Below the pieces are notes generated by a model, which searched no databases, was not told where the DNA came from, and saw only the letters and a program-made list of their open reading frames with translations. Source: Carpediemonas membranifera BICM (lineage: Eukaryota; Protista; Fornicata). From it: a DNA stretch of 64,000 bases. A program made the position numbers and the translations under genes. The DNA lies in contig JAHDYR010000013.1 of NCBI GenBank assembly GCA_019828565.1, positions 186,001 through 250,000 on the forward strand. The letters run 5' to 3'. Position 1 is the first letter of the stretch. The number at the start of each line of letters is the position of its first letter. Positions 21,743 through 34,651 of the stretch are shown piece after piece.

Positions 21743-22909
21743 TCAGTCGACATTACCTTCATCGGCAGGAACCTGGCTGACTGGCAGTCTCGGTTTGATA
21801 ATCACACCAGACAGCTCCAGGGCCTCGAGGTCGACCTCCTCTGTCTGAGTTACGCGGGTTCCAGTGTGCTGAGTGCCTGGGTCAGCCACACTATGGACTG
21901 ACTCGACCGACTCGACCGACTCGGTACGTTTGAGTCGCATGGTCGGCTCAGAGAGGGGCCGGCCGAGAATGTCCTTGTCGCCCTTGTTAGCGATACTCAG
22001 CTGGAGCCAGCCGAGAGAGATGATGGCCGCAGATAAAGAGACGTTGGTGTTGACCGGCCATGAAAGCATGGGGGCGAGAAAAAGAGCGAGCGACGAGGCT
22101 GCTGCGACTGAGAGATGCCTCAGCCATCCAGTTACTGGCTTGTATGCGACTCGTATGATGTAGGCCGACTCCAGAACGACTGTGACGACGGCGTAGAGCG
22201 GCACGAAGAGAGACAAGTCATCGATGGTAAAGTGTCTAATCATGCTCATCTCGAATACTACGGCCATCATTGCTGAGGTTATCGCCCCAACAATGGCTGA
22301 GCCTGCTGCGAGTACCAGTGGGGCAGATTGGCTTGTCGGGCCGACTCTACCGGCAAGGAAGAACGCTTTCCATGTAGCAGAGAGCGCTTTGGCAGAGTTT
22401 GTGAGGAATGGGACACCGAAGCACCACCAAAAGACGCCGAACTTCTCGAACTGGGGATCTGTGTTGAGCAGGAGGATGAAACCGGCAAGGGTGAGAAAGG
22501 AACCGAAGACTTCAAAGAGTGAGACTCGATGGGAGACGAGGAGCTTCGCTATGATGACGTAGACCCACCAGAAGTGGTGCATAAGTGTGGCAGCGAGGGG
22601 GTCACATCGTTCGAGAAGGAGAATGAAGCCGAAGAAGAAGAAGACATCGCATATTGCACTCGGAATAAGAAGAACTAGTGACATCCAGTGGAATGTTGGA
22701 AGGAGACGCGCGTGGCGATGTCTTGGCTGCAGAATGACCAGAGCAGCAAGGATAACAAACTTCACGGTCTCAACCAAAGCATGAAGCAGCAGAACGGAGT
22801 ATCTAAAGGTCCCCCGTTTCCTTGTGTAGAAGAGCAGCACCGTCAGGGGCAACTCGATGAGAGACTGCATCCGGTTCTTCATGACATACGGAGATATCCT
22901 GCGATCCAT
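21743..22909 (-). CDS. Multi-pass membrane protein, possibly DMT/nucleotide-sugar transporter-like
   Basis: 388 aa, roughly 9-10 hydrophobic segments; ETVKF and GSFLTLAGFILL resemble DMT-family helices. Confidence 0.6.
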   Translation of the reverse strand: MDRRISPYVMKNRMQSLIELPLTVLLFYTRKRGTFRYSVLLLHALVETVKFVILAALVILQPRHRHARLLPTFHWMSLVLLIPSAICDVFFFFGFILLLERCDPLAATLMHHFWWVYVIIAKLLVSHRVSLFEVFGSFLTLAGFILLLNTDPQFEKFGVFWWCFGVPFLTNSAKALSATWKAFFLAGRVGPTSQSAPLVLAAGSAIVGAITSAMMAVVFEMSMIRHFTIDDLSLFVPLYAVVTVVLESAYIIRVAYKPVTGWLRHLSVAAASSLALFLAPMLSWPVNTNVSLSAAIISLGWLQLSIANKGDKDILGRPLSEPTMRLKRTESVESVESVHSVADPGTQHTGTRVTQTEEVDLEALELSGVIIKPRLPVSQVPADEGNVD

Positions 22910-23011
22910 GACACACGACGTTCAGTACACAACAGCATGACAGCATTCTTTATACAGGGACAACGCCGTACCATCCCAAGTTCACAACTCCAACCATAGC
23001 CAGACTGACAC

Positions 23012-23818
23012 TCACATCGTCACCTCAGATGGAGCCAGAAGGAAGAAAGCGGGCCTAAACATTCCAAGGAGAATCAGCGGGGCGACCTGGGAGATCCCTA
23101 CTATGAATACGAAGTACGTTCTCGCCATGAGCGCCTTCCTGTCGGCCTGGTCGACCATGGGATCGCTCAGCATGCCTGCCCGCCTTTGCTCTGTCTGGGA
23201 GATGAGGAGGGGGTTGAGTGTCCGCATGATGAACACGCCAAACGCCGCGGCCACGTATGCCAGGGCCATGTAGTAAGCAATGGGGTGGATGAGAGACAAG
23301 AGGAGCGCGACACACAGCGAGACATACTTGTAGCCGAAGATCCCGACTATCTCGAGTAGCGGCGGACCTGCGATGCCAAAAGCAATGGACGCGAGCTTGA
23401 AGCCGATTAGTTCGACGGCCACCACGGCGATGCTGCACACCACGGGGCGGGAGATGTGCTGCATGTCATAGGAAGCATCCACCGCGTAGCCCATAGCACA
23501 GAAGATGATATACGTGACGATTCCGACGAATGGGAGATATAGGTCGGGCGTATTGATGTCCTCCGCTGGCGTCAGGGGAATGGACGCCTCAGAGGCGTGG
23601 GTCTGGCGCTTCCAAGAGGAGTGGGTGTATGGGAAGAGGAGAACACCGATCTTTCTCAAGATTTGCTGGTTTGAAACGGCGAAATAGAACTGTAGGCGCT
23701 TGGTGTTGACAACACGATGAATGAAAGAGGTTGAATCGTGGAAAACTTGGTTGTAGTGCGAAGCACCCATTTTCATGGCAGAGAATGCCAGTGGTGCTGC
23801 ATGAATGGCTTCTTCCAT
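23012..23818 (-). CDS. YIF1: YIF1-family ER-Golgi membrane protein
   Basis: LQFYFAVSN...KI.VLLFPYTH.SWKR, P.EDIN.PDLY.P, GYKYV motifs. Confidence 0.9.
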   Translation of the reverse strand: MEEAIHAAPLAFSAMKMGASHYNQVFHDSTSFIHRVVNTKRLQFYFAVSNQQILRKIGVLLFPYTHSSWKRQTHASEASIPLTPAEDINTPDLYLPFVGIVTYIIFCAMGYAVDASYDMQHISRPVVCSIAVVAVELIGFKLASIAFGIAGPPLLEIVGIFGYKYVSLCVALLLSLIHPIAYYMALAYVAAAFGVFIMRTLNPLLISQTEQRRAGMLSDPMVDQADRKALMARTYFVFIVGISQVAPLILLGMFRPAFFLLAPSEVTM

Positions 23819-24088
23819 CGCGTATTCACTTTCAATAGGATTTCTAAGCTTAAAGTGCGCGGTCCAGTCGACTCGGCTGTCTCTCGCTAGCTGTCTCTTC
23901 TGTGGCTAGATGTCCCAGTCGAGAGCCTACGGCGACTACATCTCCCTCCCTCCCAATGCCAAGGTGCAGCTTACGTTCACCCAGAGCAGTGAGAGCGGGG
24001 CTGAGGGCTTCCTGACCCTCAAGAAGCTGTAAATGTATGAGTAGAGCGGGGGCTGGTGGTGTTGGGAGTTCTTGACAGAAGTGGCGAC

Positions 24089-25733
24089 ATGAGTGATGAA
24101 GGCAAGAAGACGAGGCATGCGCTGACAGCTGCATATCAGCTCTCACTGAAGGCCACGAGTGGTATAGCTGGAGACATTCCATCTCTTATTGCTCTCGCGT
24201 ATCAGCATCACTTTGACGAGCGAATGCCACGCAGATCTGAGAAGCTAGCCGCATTTAGGAGGCTTATAGGCATACAGGCAACAAAAGACGTACCGCAAGA
24301 CACCAATGCGCTCGAATCCCTCATCTCCATGCTCGCCGAGATCCCCCCTCTCAAACCAGTTGCTCAGGCCCTATTCGACCACGCCCGCTCCATCCTCACC
24401 AGCGGCCCCCCGCTGTCCATGAACATCGAGCTCGCGGATGGTGAAGAGCTTCCGGCCGCCCTGCACACGCTCAACCAAGGCGCGGTGTGGGCATGTTTGA
24501 TGGGTGGCGGGGCCAACCCAGACGTCGATGACAGGGTGCTGGAGGAGGCACAAAAAGCGATGGTGATCGGGACCGGTCTACAAGGCAAGATCGAGCAGAT
24601 TCTTACGTCCGAGGCCAAATGCCTCTGGTTCCTCTGCCGCAAGTTCTTCTTCACGATGAATGTCGCCGGCCATGATTGTGAGAGTTATCAATGTACGGTG
24701 AACAGTAGCAGCTACCACCACCGCATGTACATGGGCCGACTCTTCATGCTCGACTCGGCCAACCACGCCGCCTTCACCAGGGCCACGATGCCCAGGGCCC
24801 TCGAGGTGTACAGCAACACGTTCGCTCACATCGCCATGACGCCCAAGGGCCTGTGGGGCTGGGGTCTGAGCTTCGGCCAGCTGGGGTTCGAGTCTCATGA
24901 GTTCGTCGACCCGACCCGCCTCACCTTCCCCGCCTGCCCCAAGATCGCTGAGCTCGAGGCCAGCCTGCCCGCTTGGGAGAAGCACAGGATGGTGACAGAT
25001 CTGTCGATGCAATTCGGTCAGACGTTCATCCTCACCCCAGCCGGCACAACCATGGCAGGGGCGTTTGCTCCTCGGTTTACCGGCCCAGTCGAGGACGAAT
25101 ACCTGTTCAACCATGTTCTTACACCCGCCGGCTTTGTCCCACATCATATCATGCACATGGTTGACATTGTTATCCTCACCATGGGCGATCGGCAGGTGAT
25201 CAGTGGTGTTAACTTTTGCGGCCAGCTCGGACTCGGGCATGAGAATGTGATGGTGGGCTTTGAAGAGATTCACTTCGGGGTCGACCGGATTGTTGCTTCC
25301 TCGCCCAACTGGCACATTTACTTATCTGGCCGCCAGCTTCTATTCGCAGGCTTGGTTGACGCGCACACTACCCGGTTTGATCTGCTGCCCGGCCTCAGCG
25401 AGGGAATGCTCTGCTCGACGGCGACCCCGCTCCAGTTCTCAGAGAGGGTCAAGGGGCTGTGGGGCTGTGTGCGTCTCCTCGTGTGGGTTGGGGAGCCGGA
25501 CACGCGTGAGCATGTTTGGTGGGGATGAATTGGCCCACCGGCCGTTCATCATCCCCTTCGAGGCGACGGCTCTCAGCACGGCCGATGGCGTCTGCTTCTG
25601 TGATGACGCCGGCCAGTGGTTCAGGGTGAAGCGACAGTCTGGTGGCGTGGCGAAGATGGCGAGGGCCGGGGCGAGGGAGGAGTGCGAGTGTGTCGTGCCA
25701 GTTGACATCGAGCCGGGCGACGACGTGCGGTAA
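24089..25733 (+). CDS. RCC1/BLIP-II-like repeat protein (probable multicopy family member), frameshift near 25500
   Basis: GLWGWGLSFGQLG and SGVNFCGQLGLGH RCC1-like motifs; the C-terminus appears to continue in ORF 25260-25733; opposite strand to flanking genes. Confidence 0.6.
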
Positions 25734-26338
25734 ATGTCGGATGAAGAATCAACGTTAGCCGATTTACGACGGGCGGGGTCGACTCCGCTCTGTCTCTGCT
25801 GCAGCATGGTAGACCCAGTCGAGTCAAGGGCCTCACTTCCCATGCTGTTTGCCGGCGTGCCAGCAGGCAGAGTCATGGCATGTCTGACGGGTTGTCAGGC
25901 CATGGTCAGACGGCCAGTGGTCCTCTGTGTTGCACAAGTGAGTGGGATCTGCCGTGGTGCTGGATGAATCGAAATGGGCCACGAATGGAATGAACAGCAG
26001 TCAACAACGGTCTCATTCAAGAATCCGAGCAACGCTGACATGTACTACTGATTTACACGACCATCGTGCCGCTGTTCCCTTTTGCAGGTCGGCTATCAAA
26101 GGCCCTCGGGGAAGCCGACTTCATTCTCATCTCTTTCTGAAACGAGGCCGCAATGAGGGGCCCCACATGCGCTCTTATACATATTTTTCTGTGTTTCCCA
26201 TGAGCTATTGGATGATTGAGAAGTCGCGAGTCATATCGAGTCAGATCTCAAATCAATCACAAGGAAAAACCCCCAGAGGAGGCAGTCAAAACTCACGCCT
26301 GGCGTTCAGTGGTCAATAGCTGTCTGGTTGCGGTGGAC
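25563..26338 (+). repeat. Dispersed repeat copy 1 (3' end of RCC1-like gene plus downstream ~600 bp)
   Basis: Near-identical to 62533-63307; only a few substitutions seen (e.g. gccGctg/gccActg, aaAct/aaTct, cagTgg/cagCgg). Confidence 0.95.
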
Positions 26339-26591
26339 ACATCTCGAGGAAGAATCTTCGAAGGATGCAGCATAATCTCAAGCCCAGTTGAGCAGCCAGC
26401 GGCTGTGGCTTGTGCGGTGTGGGGGTGAGTGGTATGCGTTGAAAAGCATTGTCTTCATAAGACAGCGATGGCGCAGGTCTCATTTGCAGGCGAAGAAAAT
26501 CTTCCAATAATGGGCCACGTTCGACTCAAACGACCCAATACAAGCCTCACCTCTCCCCCAGAGATGTTTATAAATATTAAAACTGCAGCGG

Positions 26592-27722
26592 TCATCTGAT
26601 ATTTGCCTCGCCCGCGTAGTCCAATAAATGGTCGATAACCGCGTCAGCCTCATCGCACCGCTCGCTCTTCCGTCTTGGCCGGAGACTTTTCGAGACTTTG
26701 ATGACCATTCTGATGACTGCGACTGATGGTGGCAGTCCCATGACCCCGACCAGGGCCATGTGGTGGGTAAAAGGAGGAGTTGGACTCATCTCAGCCGCCC
26801 CAAAGCTCATAAAGATCTCCTGGTAAATGCGATCATAAGTTTCTACAGCCTGCCGCATGGTCATCCACTTCCCGACATCTCCGGCAGACTCGAGCGAGCT
26901 CTGGATCGACTCGGCCCAGTCGACGCCGGCCATGTGGCTGACCGGCAGAGTGTGAAGGGCGAGCATGATCTGAGCCGCCTTGGCAATGAGATGGTCTGTG
27001 ACCGGGGCTTGCGGAGGCGAGGGCGAGTCGAAAATGACCAGGGAAGCCAGGGTCGCCAGTCGGCGCAGGCTCTTGGTGTAGACGACGGTGAAGTCCTTGG
27101 AGTGAAAAACAGAGCCTGTAGCAGAGTTGGGGAACTCCAGTGGGACGAAAACGACGGTCCGCAGAGCATGGTCGGTGGGCACGATGGGGCGGTCCAGCAC
27201 GTCGAGAGAGGCCGGCCTGACGCTGCCTGTGCGGGCTTCTTCGATGATACGGTCGGTAATTGGTACGTTTGTGATGTGAACAGCGGGGTCAAAGGCGAGG
27301 AGCTTCTCTACAAGACCGTCGGGAGCGTCACCGACGAGGACTACATGGCGGGGGAAGAGGTTGAGCATTGGTTCGACGCCACGAAGACGCAGATCGTCCA
27401 TAGTGGCGCGATTAAGGGCTATGAAGTCTGCAGCGGTGACCGGGGGCGTTGCGGGGGCGTGAACGCACTCGGGCGTGTCTTCAGATGATGAGTAGAGCGA
27501 GATGCTTACGGAAAGCTTAAGCTCCGGTGGTCCAACCGGAATTTCAGCCCCGGATGCGACGTGGAAGGGCAGCACATTCCCGCTATTGCATATTGGGAGA
27601 GGAACGTTCAGTGTTGTGGGTATTACACCGAGCGATGGATGCTTTGAGTACGGCGAAACTGTCCAAATCACACATAGGAAGAGGATCCAGAGGAAAATGA
27701 ACGATGCCTCAGCAAGCTTCAT
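26592..27722 (-). CDS. Membrane protein with N- and C-terminal TM helices, possibly GPI transamidase PIG-S-like
   Basis: 376 aa; TM at both ends; C-terminal F...EM...PFTHHMAL....GLP loosely resembles PIG-S. Confidence 0.45.
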   Translation of the reverse strand: MKLAEASFIFLWILFLCVIWTVSPYSKHPSLGVIPTTLNVPLPICNSGNVLPFHVASGAEIPVGPPELKLSVSISLYSSSEDTPECVHAPATPPVTAADFIALNRATMDDLRLRGVEPMLNLFPRHVVLVGDAPDGLVEKLLAFDPAVHITNVPITDRIIEEARTGSVRPASLDVLDRPIVPTDHALRTVVFVPLEFPNSATGSVFHSKDFTVVYTKSLRRLATLASLVIFDSPSPPQAPVTDHLIAKAAQIMLALHTLPVSHMAGVDWAESIQSSLESAGDVGKWMTMRQAVETYDRIYQEIFMSFGAAEMSPTPPFTHHMALVGVMGLPPSVAVIRMVIKVSKSLRPRRKSERCDEADAVIDHLLDYAGEANIR

Positions 27723-27871
27723 CTTCTTACAACCGCCTCGTCGCCAACCGACAAAAAGTGCACCCGCTGCTTGACGTCACATCCAGGCCACAGGCCGACC
27801 AACCCACCATAGATGATCTCCGTAACATAAGCTTTAATGCGCATAATATGTGTGTAGGAATCTGCGTATGT

Positions 27872-30800
27872 TCATACAATAGGACGACAGCACTCACCGC
27901 AGATGGAACTGGTGACGAACAACGCCCTGCTGTACCCCCTGAGCCTCTCCATAGTCCTCCACATCCAGAATCCAACGCCCGCCACTACCAGCGGCAGAAC
28001 TAGCAAGTCAACTGCACCGATGAATGCTTGACCCATACCCAGGATGTTCTGAACTCGGGCGAAGCGGGCGTTGAAGAGGTCAGAAAGCTCGGCGTCGAGG
28101 TCTACAATAGTGGCCGTGGTCGACTCCAGAAACTGGGAGAATATGGTTGACTCGGCCTGACTCCCAGCCAGGGAAAGCAGTCGCGTGCCGGAGACAACTT
28201 CGCCCAACCTCGCCGTGATGCCAGCAGGGGTCGTGCCAGCAAACACCAGCGAAGGCACAGTCAACCGCTGCCAAGAACTGGAGACAGTCGAGTAGCTCGA
28301 GCCGAGCTCTGCGGCGATCTCCTCGGGCTCCTTCCAAAGGCGATGCTGGGCAGCACCCAATGCGACGGATGCACCAGCCATGTAGGTGGCAGGGGCGGCA
28401 GTGGCGAGACTGCTGAGATCAGGGACGACAACCGCGGCGATGAAGCCGAAGCCTGCTGTTATTGCCATGACGAGGATGAAGACCAGGGTCGTGGCGAGCA
28501 GACCAGCACTGAAGGTGATCTTGTATCTCACAAATACCGTCTGGAATAGTTGGAGTCGGTCAGGTGGCACTCTCCGCCTCGGTTTCGGATTGAGGCCGAC
28601 GATTACAGCAGGAAGCACGACGAGGGCGGCGATGAACACGAAGGGAAGAAGCATCCCACCCAGCGTCACCCAGTGAAACTTCAATAGAATCTCCCCGGCA
28701 TATTCCACAATGCCCTGGGCCGACGACACGAGAGCATCAGCCACATACGGTGCTCGGGTGCGGAGTACTCCGGCGTCTGAGAGAAGAACCGGGTCGGTCG
28801 TGCACAGAGACCACGCGATAGCTTCCCGGTCGGACTTTGGGCGTGCTAAGTCCGTGGCAGTGTCATTATATCGCGTGATATCCAGGATTCTATCTTCTGT
28901 TACGTTCCACTTGATTGAATCAAGGGCGGCTGGGAGAGAATCGTTGGTGTTGACGGATGCGGCGAGGCGGGCAGCGATACTGAGAGCCTTGACAGTCATG
29001 TCAATGTGGTCAAGATAACAGTCTGCATTGACGCATTGGGTGCAGTTGGCGGCGAAATCAGCTCTCACAGCTGGGGCTGCCTCGAGCATTCGCACGAGGT
29101 GGAAGAAGCTAGTGGTAGTGTTGAGCGCCAGATATCGCTGTGTGGAGTACGCCAAGCCAACGGTGTAAGCGACCACACGAACAACGGCTCTACTGGCCTC
29201 CGTCGCTAGGGCTAGATTATGCTTGACCTGGACAACGTTCGTGAGAACTCTGTCCGTGATTACTGCCGACGACGCTGCGATGACCAATAGAGCAATGAGG
29301 ACAGCGGCCCCGGCCACAGCTGGGGCGGTGGGGATGCGGGCCCTGGCTACTGGAGAGAGAAGGACTCCAGCCGCGGTCAGGGTGACGAAGCAGGCGGCTG
29401 CGGCCGAGAACCATGGGATACGGCGTGTGAGTGTTGCCAGTGTGGCTATCTCACTATTGGCTGAGTCAAAAACGACAGTGGCAACGTCGTCGAGGGAGTC
29501 AAACAGGTCAAACCAGTACTGGGCGGTGTGGTCGTCGTAGACAACCTGCATGGCAACTTCCCGCTGCTCAGCTGGGGTTAGAAGGGCGTCACCGTCAGTT
29601 GTGTTGTACCAGACGTTACCCTCGTGCAGTCTACGGTCAGAGTCGTAGTGAGTCTCAGCCGCGTAGTCCCAGGAGACGGAATGATCGCCCAGCGCATCGA
29701 GGGGGATGCTGTAGGCGTATGCGGCCTCACACAGAGCGACGTTCATGGGGAAGTGGAGGTGCTCAATGGCCTGGATGAAGGGCACCATGGTCCCACAACG
29801 CTGATCGCCCAGTCGAGGGCAGGGCATGGCCGCATGGGCGCGCCTGATAGTGGTGCTGACCTCTTGCCTCCTCACGGCCACTGCCCGCCTGGCAGAGGCG
29901 ACGTCCCCGTCTACAATAAACCGGGTAGAGTCGAGCAGGGTGTCTCCCTTGAGAGCAGCGAGGGTGGGGATGTCCTGGGCTATCATCGCATTCACTGCGG
30001 CCAGCCTGGTCGGTGTCTCCCACGCGATGAACTGCTGGAAGAGGATCTCGGCTACAACGATGAGGATAGCTATGACGAGAAGCACAGTGAGGCCCAGGAT
30101 GTAAGTGACCTCGCGGGCCGTCGTATGGCGCCTAATTCTGCCCTTGCTGTTGAAGATGTAGGCCATCCATTCTCTCAAGGAGAGCATGGTGCTCTGAATG
30201 AGAGAGGCACGGCCAAGCCAAGGTTGGTCAGAGAAGCGGGACGACGAAACAGAGCTTTTGGTCGATGTCAGCGTGGCACGCGATGCACTACTACTTGGTG
30301 ATATCTCCCGGAGGAACTCTGTCACGCGATGCATGTCGATGTCACTCTCTCCGTCGGGCCCGGGCGCAGGCGTGCCGGTTGACCCGGTGGAGTCATAGTG
30401 GTTTGACTCCGAAGTTGCGGTCGCCGGGTCAGACACCAGACTCACATCACCCTCCTCCTCATCGTCGACAAGGCCGAGTCTAAATGGAGAGGTGGGCGTG
30501 TCGGGCAGACCTGGACCATCGCCGGTGTCAGATGCAGCGGGGGTCACCAAAACTTCACCTGCAATCCCGTCAACCGCGTCTTGGTCCGACTCAACGCCAG
30601 TCACGGCTACATCGAGCAGACTGTCGTCCAGGTCTTCGGTGGAGCTGGCCCCGCTGTCGCCAAGAGCATTAATCAATTGATCAACAATAACCACGTCCGG
30701 CATAGGCCCTCGTCTGACATCTTCGGGACTTACTTCGACCGTGGTTTGACCGTTGATAAACTGCGGGACCGCTGAGGCGACTGGGGACTGAGTATCAGAG

Positions 30801-33800
30801 TACATGGCCAAATCTGTGAATCTGCCGAGAGCGGTGCCGAGTAGTCTGAGTTGACGACGAACCTGGGCGTTCGAGGCGCCCAGACAGGAGAGCAGGGCGT
30901 TGTCGCAAGAAGTCACGATGGACGGAAAGACACGAGTGAACAGCCAGCCGGCCAAGCTGATAGCAAGGGCGATGTCCGCGACCGTGAGGAACAAGAGAAC
31001 CAGCAAGGCCCCTATCGCCATGAGCTTGAAGGCTGAGGCCAGGCGAGGGAAGTACTCGGCGATGGTGTCGATGAATTGGTACAACCCGATGTCTAGCGCG
31101 GCCGCACGAGATCCAGTTAGAGTCAGGTTCGAGTCAGATACGATTTGACCGCTTTCTATCGCCTCAACAACAGTTGAGAAAACTTCTGGTATGACGACAG
31201 TCATGGTCCAAGTCGGAGCAATCGACACGCGATACCAATCCGGCACCTCCATGACACTGCGCCTGACAATGAAGCTGACACCCTCGAAGGCATCCTCGAA
31301 GGATACAAGCACATCTGCATATTCTCTGACTGTATCTATAGATTCTATCAGATCTAACAGGGCAGCGTCAGGACCACCAGGATATAGATCCAGACCGCCT
31401 TGGACGGTGGCCATTGATGAGATCATCACGCCCTGCTGCATTGCAGTGGCCAAGATCTGTATCATCGGGATGGCAGCGATAGAGGTCTTGAAGACACCAA
31501 GAATGGTGAGGCAAACGGCGCCAATGATGATAATGGCCGCTATGTTTCCCAGCACTGTTGCCCAAATGACGTTGATCCCCACCTTTTCGACATCCGACCT
31601 CGCCGCTCTCCCATTCACAGTCGTCGACGCCGTGGAGACGGACGAGGCCGAGTAGTCAGATGTCCCTGCCATGCTAGCCTCCTCGGCCATCTCCGCCTTG
31701 ATCAGCCGGGCGGTCTGCCGGTCCCGCAGCACGTTCTCGAGGAAAAGGACGTACCACTCCCTCGTCACGGTGCTCTCGGGGTACTTGGCCAGGATCGCGC
31801 GGTAGGCGGACTCGGTGCGGCTGCAGGCCCGGTCGACGTGCTTGACCTGGGCGATGATGGCGGGCAGGTCGACCTTGGGCTCGAGGAACAGCGGCCACAG
31901 CCGCTGCTGGCGACGCAGTGCCGACAGGTGGTTCTCCCTCGCCCGTGCCAGCAGAGCTCTTACATTGACAACGGCAGAAGCATTCTTCTCGTCGCCCATG
32001 GAGTGCACCAGAAGTTGGTAGTCGATAAACTGCACAATACTGCACATGAGCACGCGGTCCGAGAGACATCGGTAGTCAAGTGTCGTGTGCTGGATACGGT
32101 TGAACATGGCTGGGCAGTCGGATGCACGGGTGGTGTCACGGAGGGCGAGTATCAGATCACACAGCCGTAGCTCGGCTGTGAACTGGGGGGCGTACGTCGT
32201 GCAGATGCGGCTGATGATGACAGCTGCAGCCCTCTCCAAGTTCTTGTGCTGGGTTGGGTTGAGTCGATGCCGTCTCAAGCTGCGGCGGTGCCAGATGAGG
32301 GGGCGACACCCAATCTCTACGACGACTGGGGGGAGGGAAAGCATGTCTGCTGGATGCCGGAGGGCGAATTCCGGAACGCCGGAGAGGGTCTGGAAAACTG
32401 ACTGGCGGTGTAAGGCATGGTGTATCGTTCCTTTGACCGCTAGATACAGTGACAGATTGGGATGACTCTCCAGAGTGTCAGATCGGGGCTGGACTAGCCT
32501 TAGCACGCGATACTCGCAGTTGTACTGGCGGAAGAGAACGAGGAGTGGGGGGGTGGCTGCTAGTGAAAGCTGGAGCAATAACAGGGGGAGGATTGGGACA
32601 GATACGACCGCTAGATACGATCCTGAGAGAGTGGCGAACAGTGCTATCGTCACAAGCGTGCTACCCACCGAAGCTACGGCAGCTGAAGCAGCCTGAGCGG
32701 CGTGTGCAATCGAGACAAGGGAGCATCGGTTCGGGAGATAGAGGAGAGTGATGCCGAGGGTCGCCAGGGCGGAGATCAGGGCCAAGAGGGCGAGCAGGCA
32801 GTCTAGTACGACCGCAATGACTCGATTTGAACTCGTCATTCGAGTCGGGTCGAGTTTTCCAATTTCTAGGATCATTCCAGCGAGCATGAATGAATGGATG
32901 AGACAAATCTCAGCGACAGAAGCCAAGTTGGGTCTGAATGTCAGGAACAGCGGAGCGGCGCGGGTCTGGATCTGCTGGAACACTGCGTGGATGTCGGCGA
33001 GGACGATAGCTAGCACTGCTGCACCCGTGGCCACCATATGGGCACCGAAGCTGCTATCAGGACAAAGTTTGGCGACGACCGGCTGGGCAAGTTGGACACC
33101 GCACGAGGCCCACAGGGCAATGCCGAACACATTGCGGTGGACTGAACTGGAGCAGAGACGAAGCAACCACCGCGCCAGTGATTGCAGTCGAAGGGAATGG
33201 AGTGGGCGATAACCCAGAGCAAGGGGCACGAGGAGGAGCACTGATGCCCATATACATGCGAGGAACGAGACAAGGCAGGCGGGTATACGCGATGAGAGGG
33301 CTGGAACCGTAAATACGGAAACCACATCTCGAAATTGAGTAAATCTATCTGAATATCGAGATACACCAGGTAAAACAGACAGAATCACGACCATAATACC
33401 AACCAGCATGGCTATGAGAGAGCTAAACTGGCGCTGTGGCAGGTCGCGATCGCCCACACCGTAGTTGAGCTCATGGACCCTAGTTAGGATCCCGCCTGGG
33501 GCTGCCTGGGTCGGCGCTGGTTTGAGCGCTTCATTTTGCATTCTCTTATTGATCAACTCTTTGATTACCAGCTGGTTTGCTGTGAGTGCCTCTGAGATGA
33601 CCTGAGCAAGGACCCTTGCCGTCTGGGCCATTATCTGGAGCTTATCTAGGGGAATGTATCTATTCTTACGGATCATCCTGACCATGAGATCCTCATCCTC
33701 GCAATCTATATCGCGTGCTAGGCGTCTGGCCTTGGCCTCACACTCTTGGTCGAATTTGACAGTGCGAACAGCGCCAAACATGAGGGTAACCACCGGTCGA

Positions 33801-34406
33801 CCGTCCAGACTGATAGCAGCAGCACCGTCATGCATGATCCGGGAGTGACACTCGCTGAGGCAAGAAGAGTTGTGTGCCAGGGTCATAACCAGCTGATCAG
33901 AGGCGGTGCAGCGGGGGCCTCCCTTGGGGGAGGGTCTGATGAGATTGTTGCACACTGTAGACACTCTGTAGGCGCGGGAGACGACTCGTCCTGCAAGGTC
34001 GACGCACGCAGCTGCCATCCCGGCGTGTTCAGAAAACTTGTCGATGATGAGGTCAACTCGGTGCATGGGCGTTAGACGCTCGAGTATGTTGTCCGAATGG
34101 GGGTTCTTAGGCTCCTCCTTGAGTATTAGGTAGGTCCTGAGGCGGTATACCTCGGCGGCGAGGTCATCAGGTCTTAACAGATACTGCGAGAGCAATTCGT
34201 CCAGGATGGCAGAAAAAGCGCGCAATTCTTCTGGGTCCTCGTCATCTATAGCTATTGGCGAGCTGTGTAAATGGGACGACAAGTATACGTACTGTGGAAG
34301 GCCAATCTTTGCTGGATGAAGCACCTCCGGGTTATCTGGGTCTGAAAGCGCGCCAATATCCTATATAAGCATAATAGAGCAAGAAACACACTTCAAAGTC
34401 GATCAT
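27872..34406 (-). CDS. Large multi-pass membrane protein: N-terminal PocR-like sensory domain plus TmcB-like region; intron 34361-34391 (31 nt)
   Basis: IIDKFSEHAGMAAACVDLAG...VCNNLIR...RCTASD...ECH...DGAAAISLDG...MFGAV fits PocR. LW.....VDL.....AYRAILAKYPES....WY.LFLENVL fits the TmcB TPR-like motif. A short first exon MIDFE restores an ATG start in frame. Confidence 0.75.
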
Positions 34407-34651
34407 TGGGCGCGCAGATGATTAAACGGTCACGTCGTCGCAGGTCTTAATTTGCTCCAGGATCACGCGCAATTTACGACTTCCGAGATGTTCAGAGCCT
34501 TTGACCGCTCAAGAATGGGTCCGCCGCCCTTGTCTTGGACTCACCCGCCGTGTGTCTTGATTTCGTATCTAGAACGCGAAAATTTGCGAAAAAATGAACA
34601 CAGTTATTCAAGTTGCGATTCAGTCCCATTACGGGGGGGGGGGGGAAACGT

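Noticed and set aside
34633-34645. G13 homopolymer after a stop codon
   Set aside because: Isolated simple run; no evidence of function and its length is unreliable.
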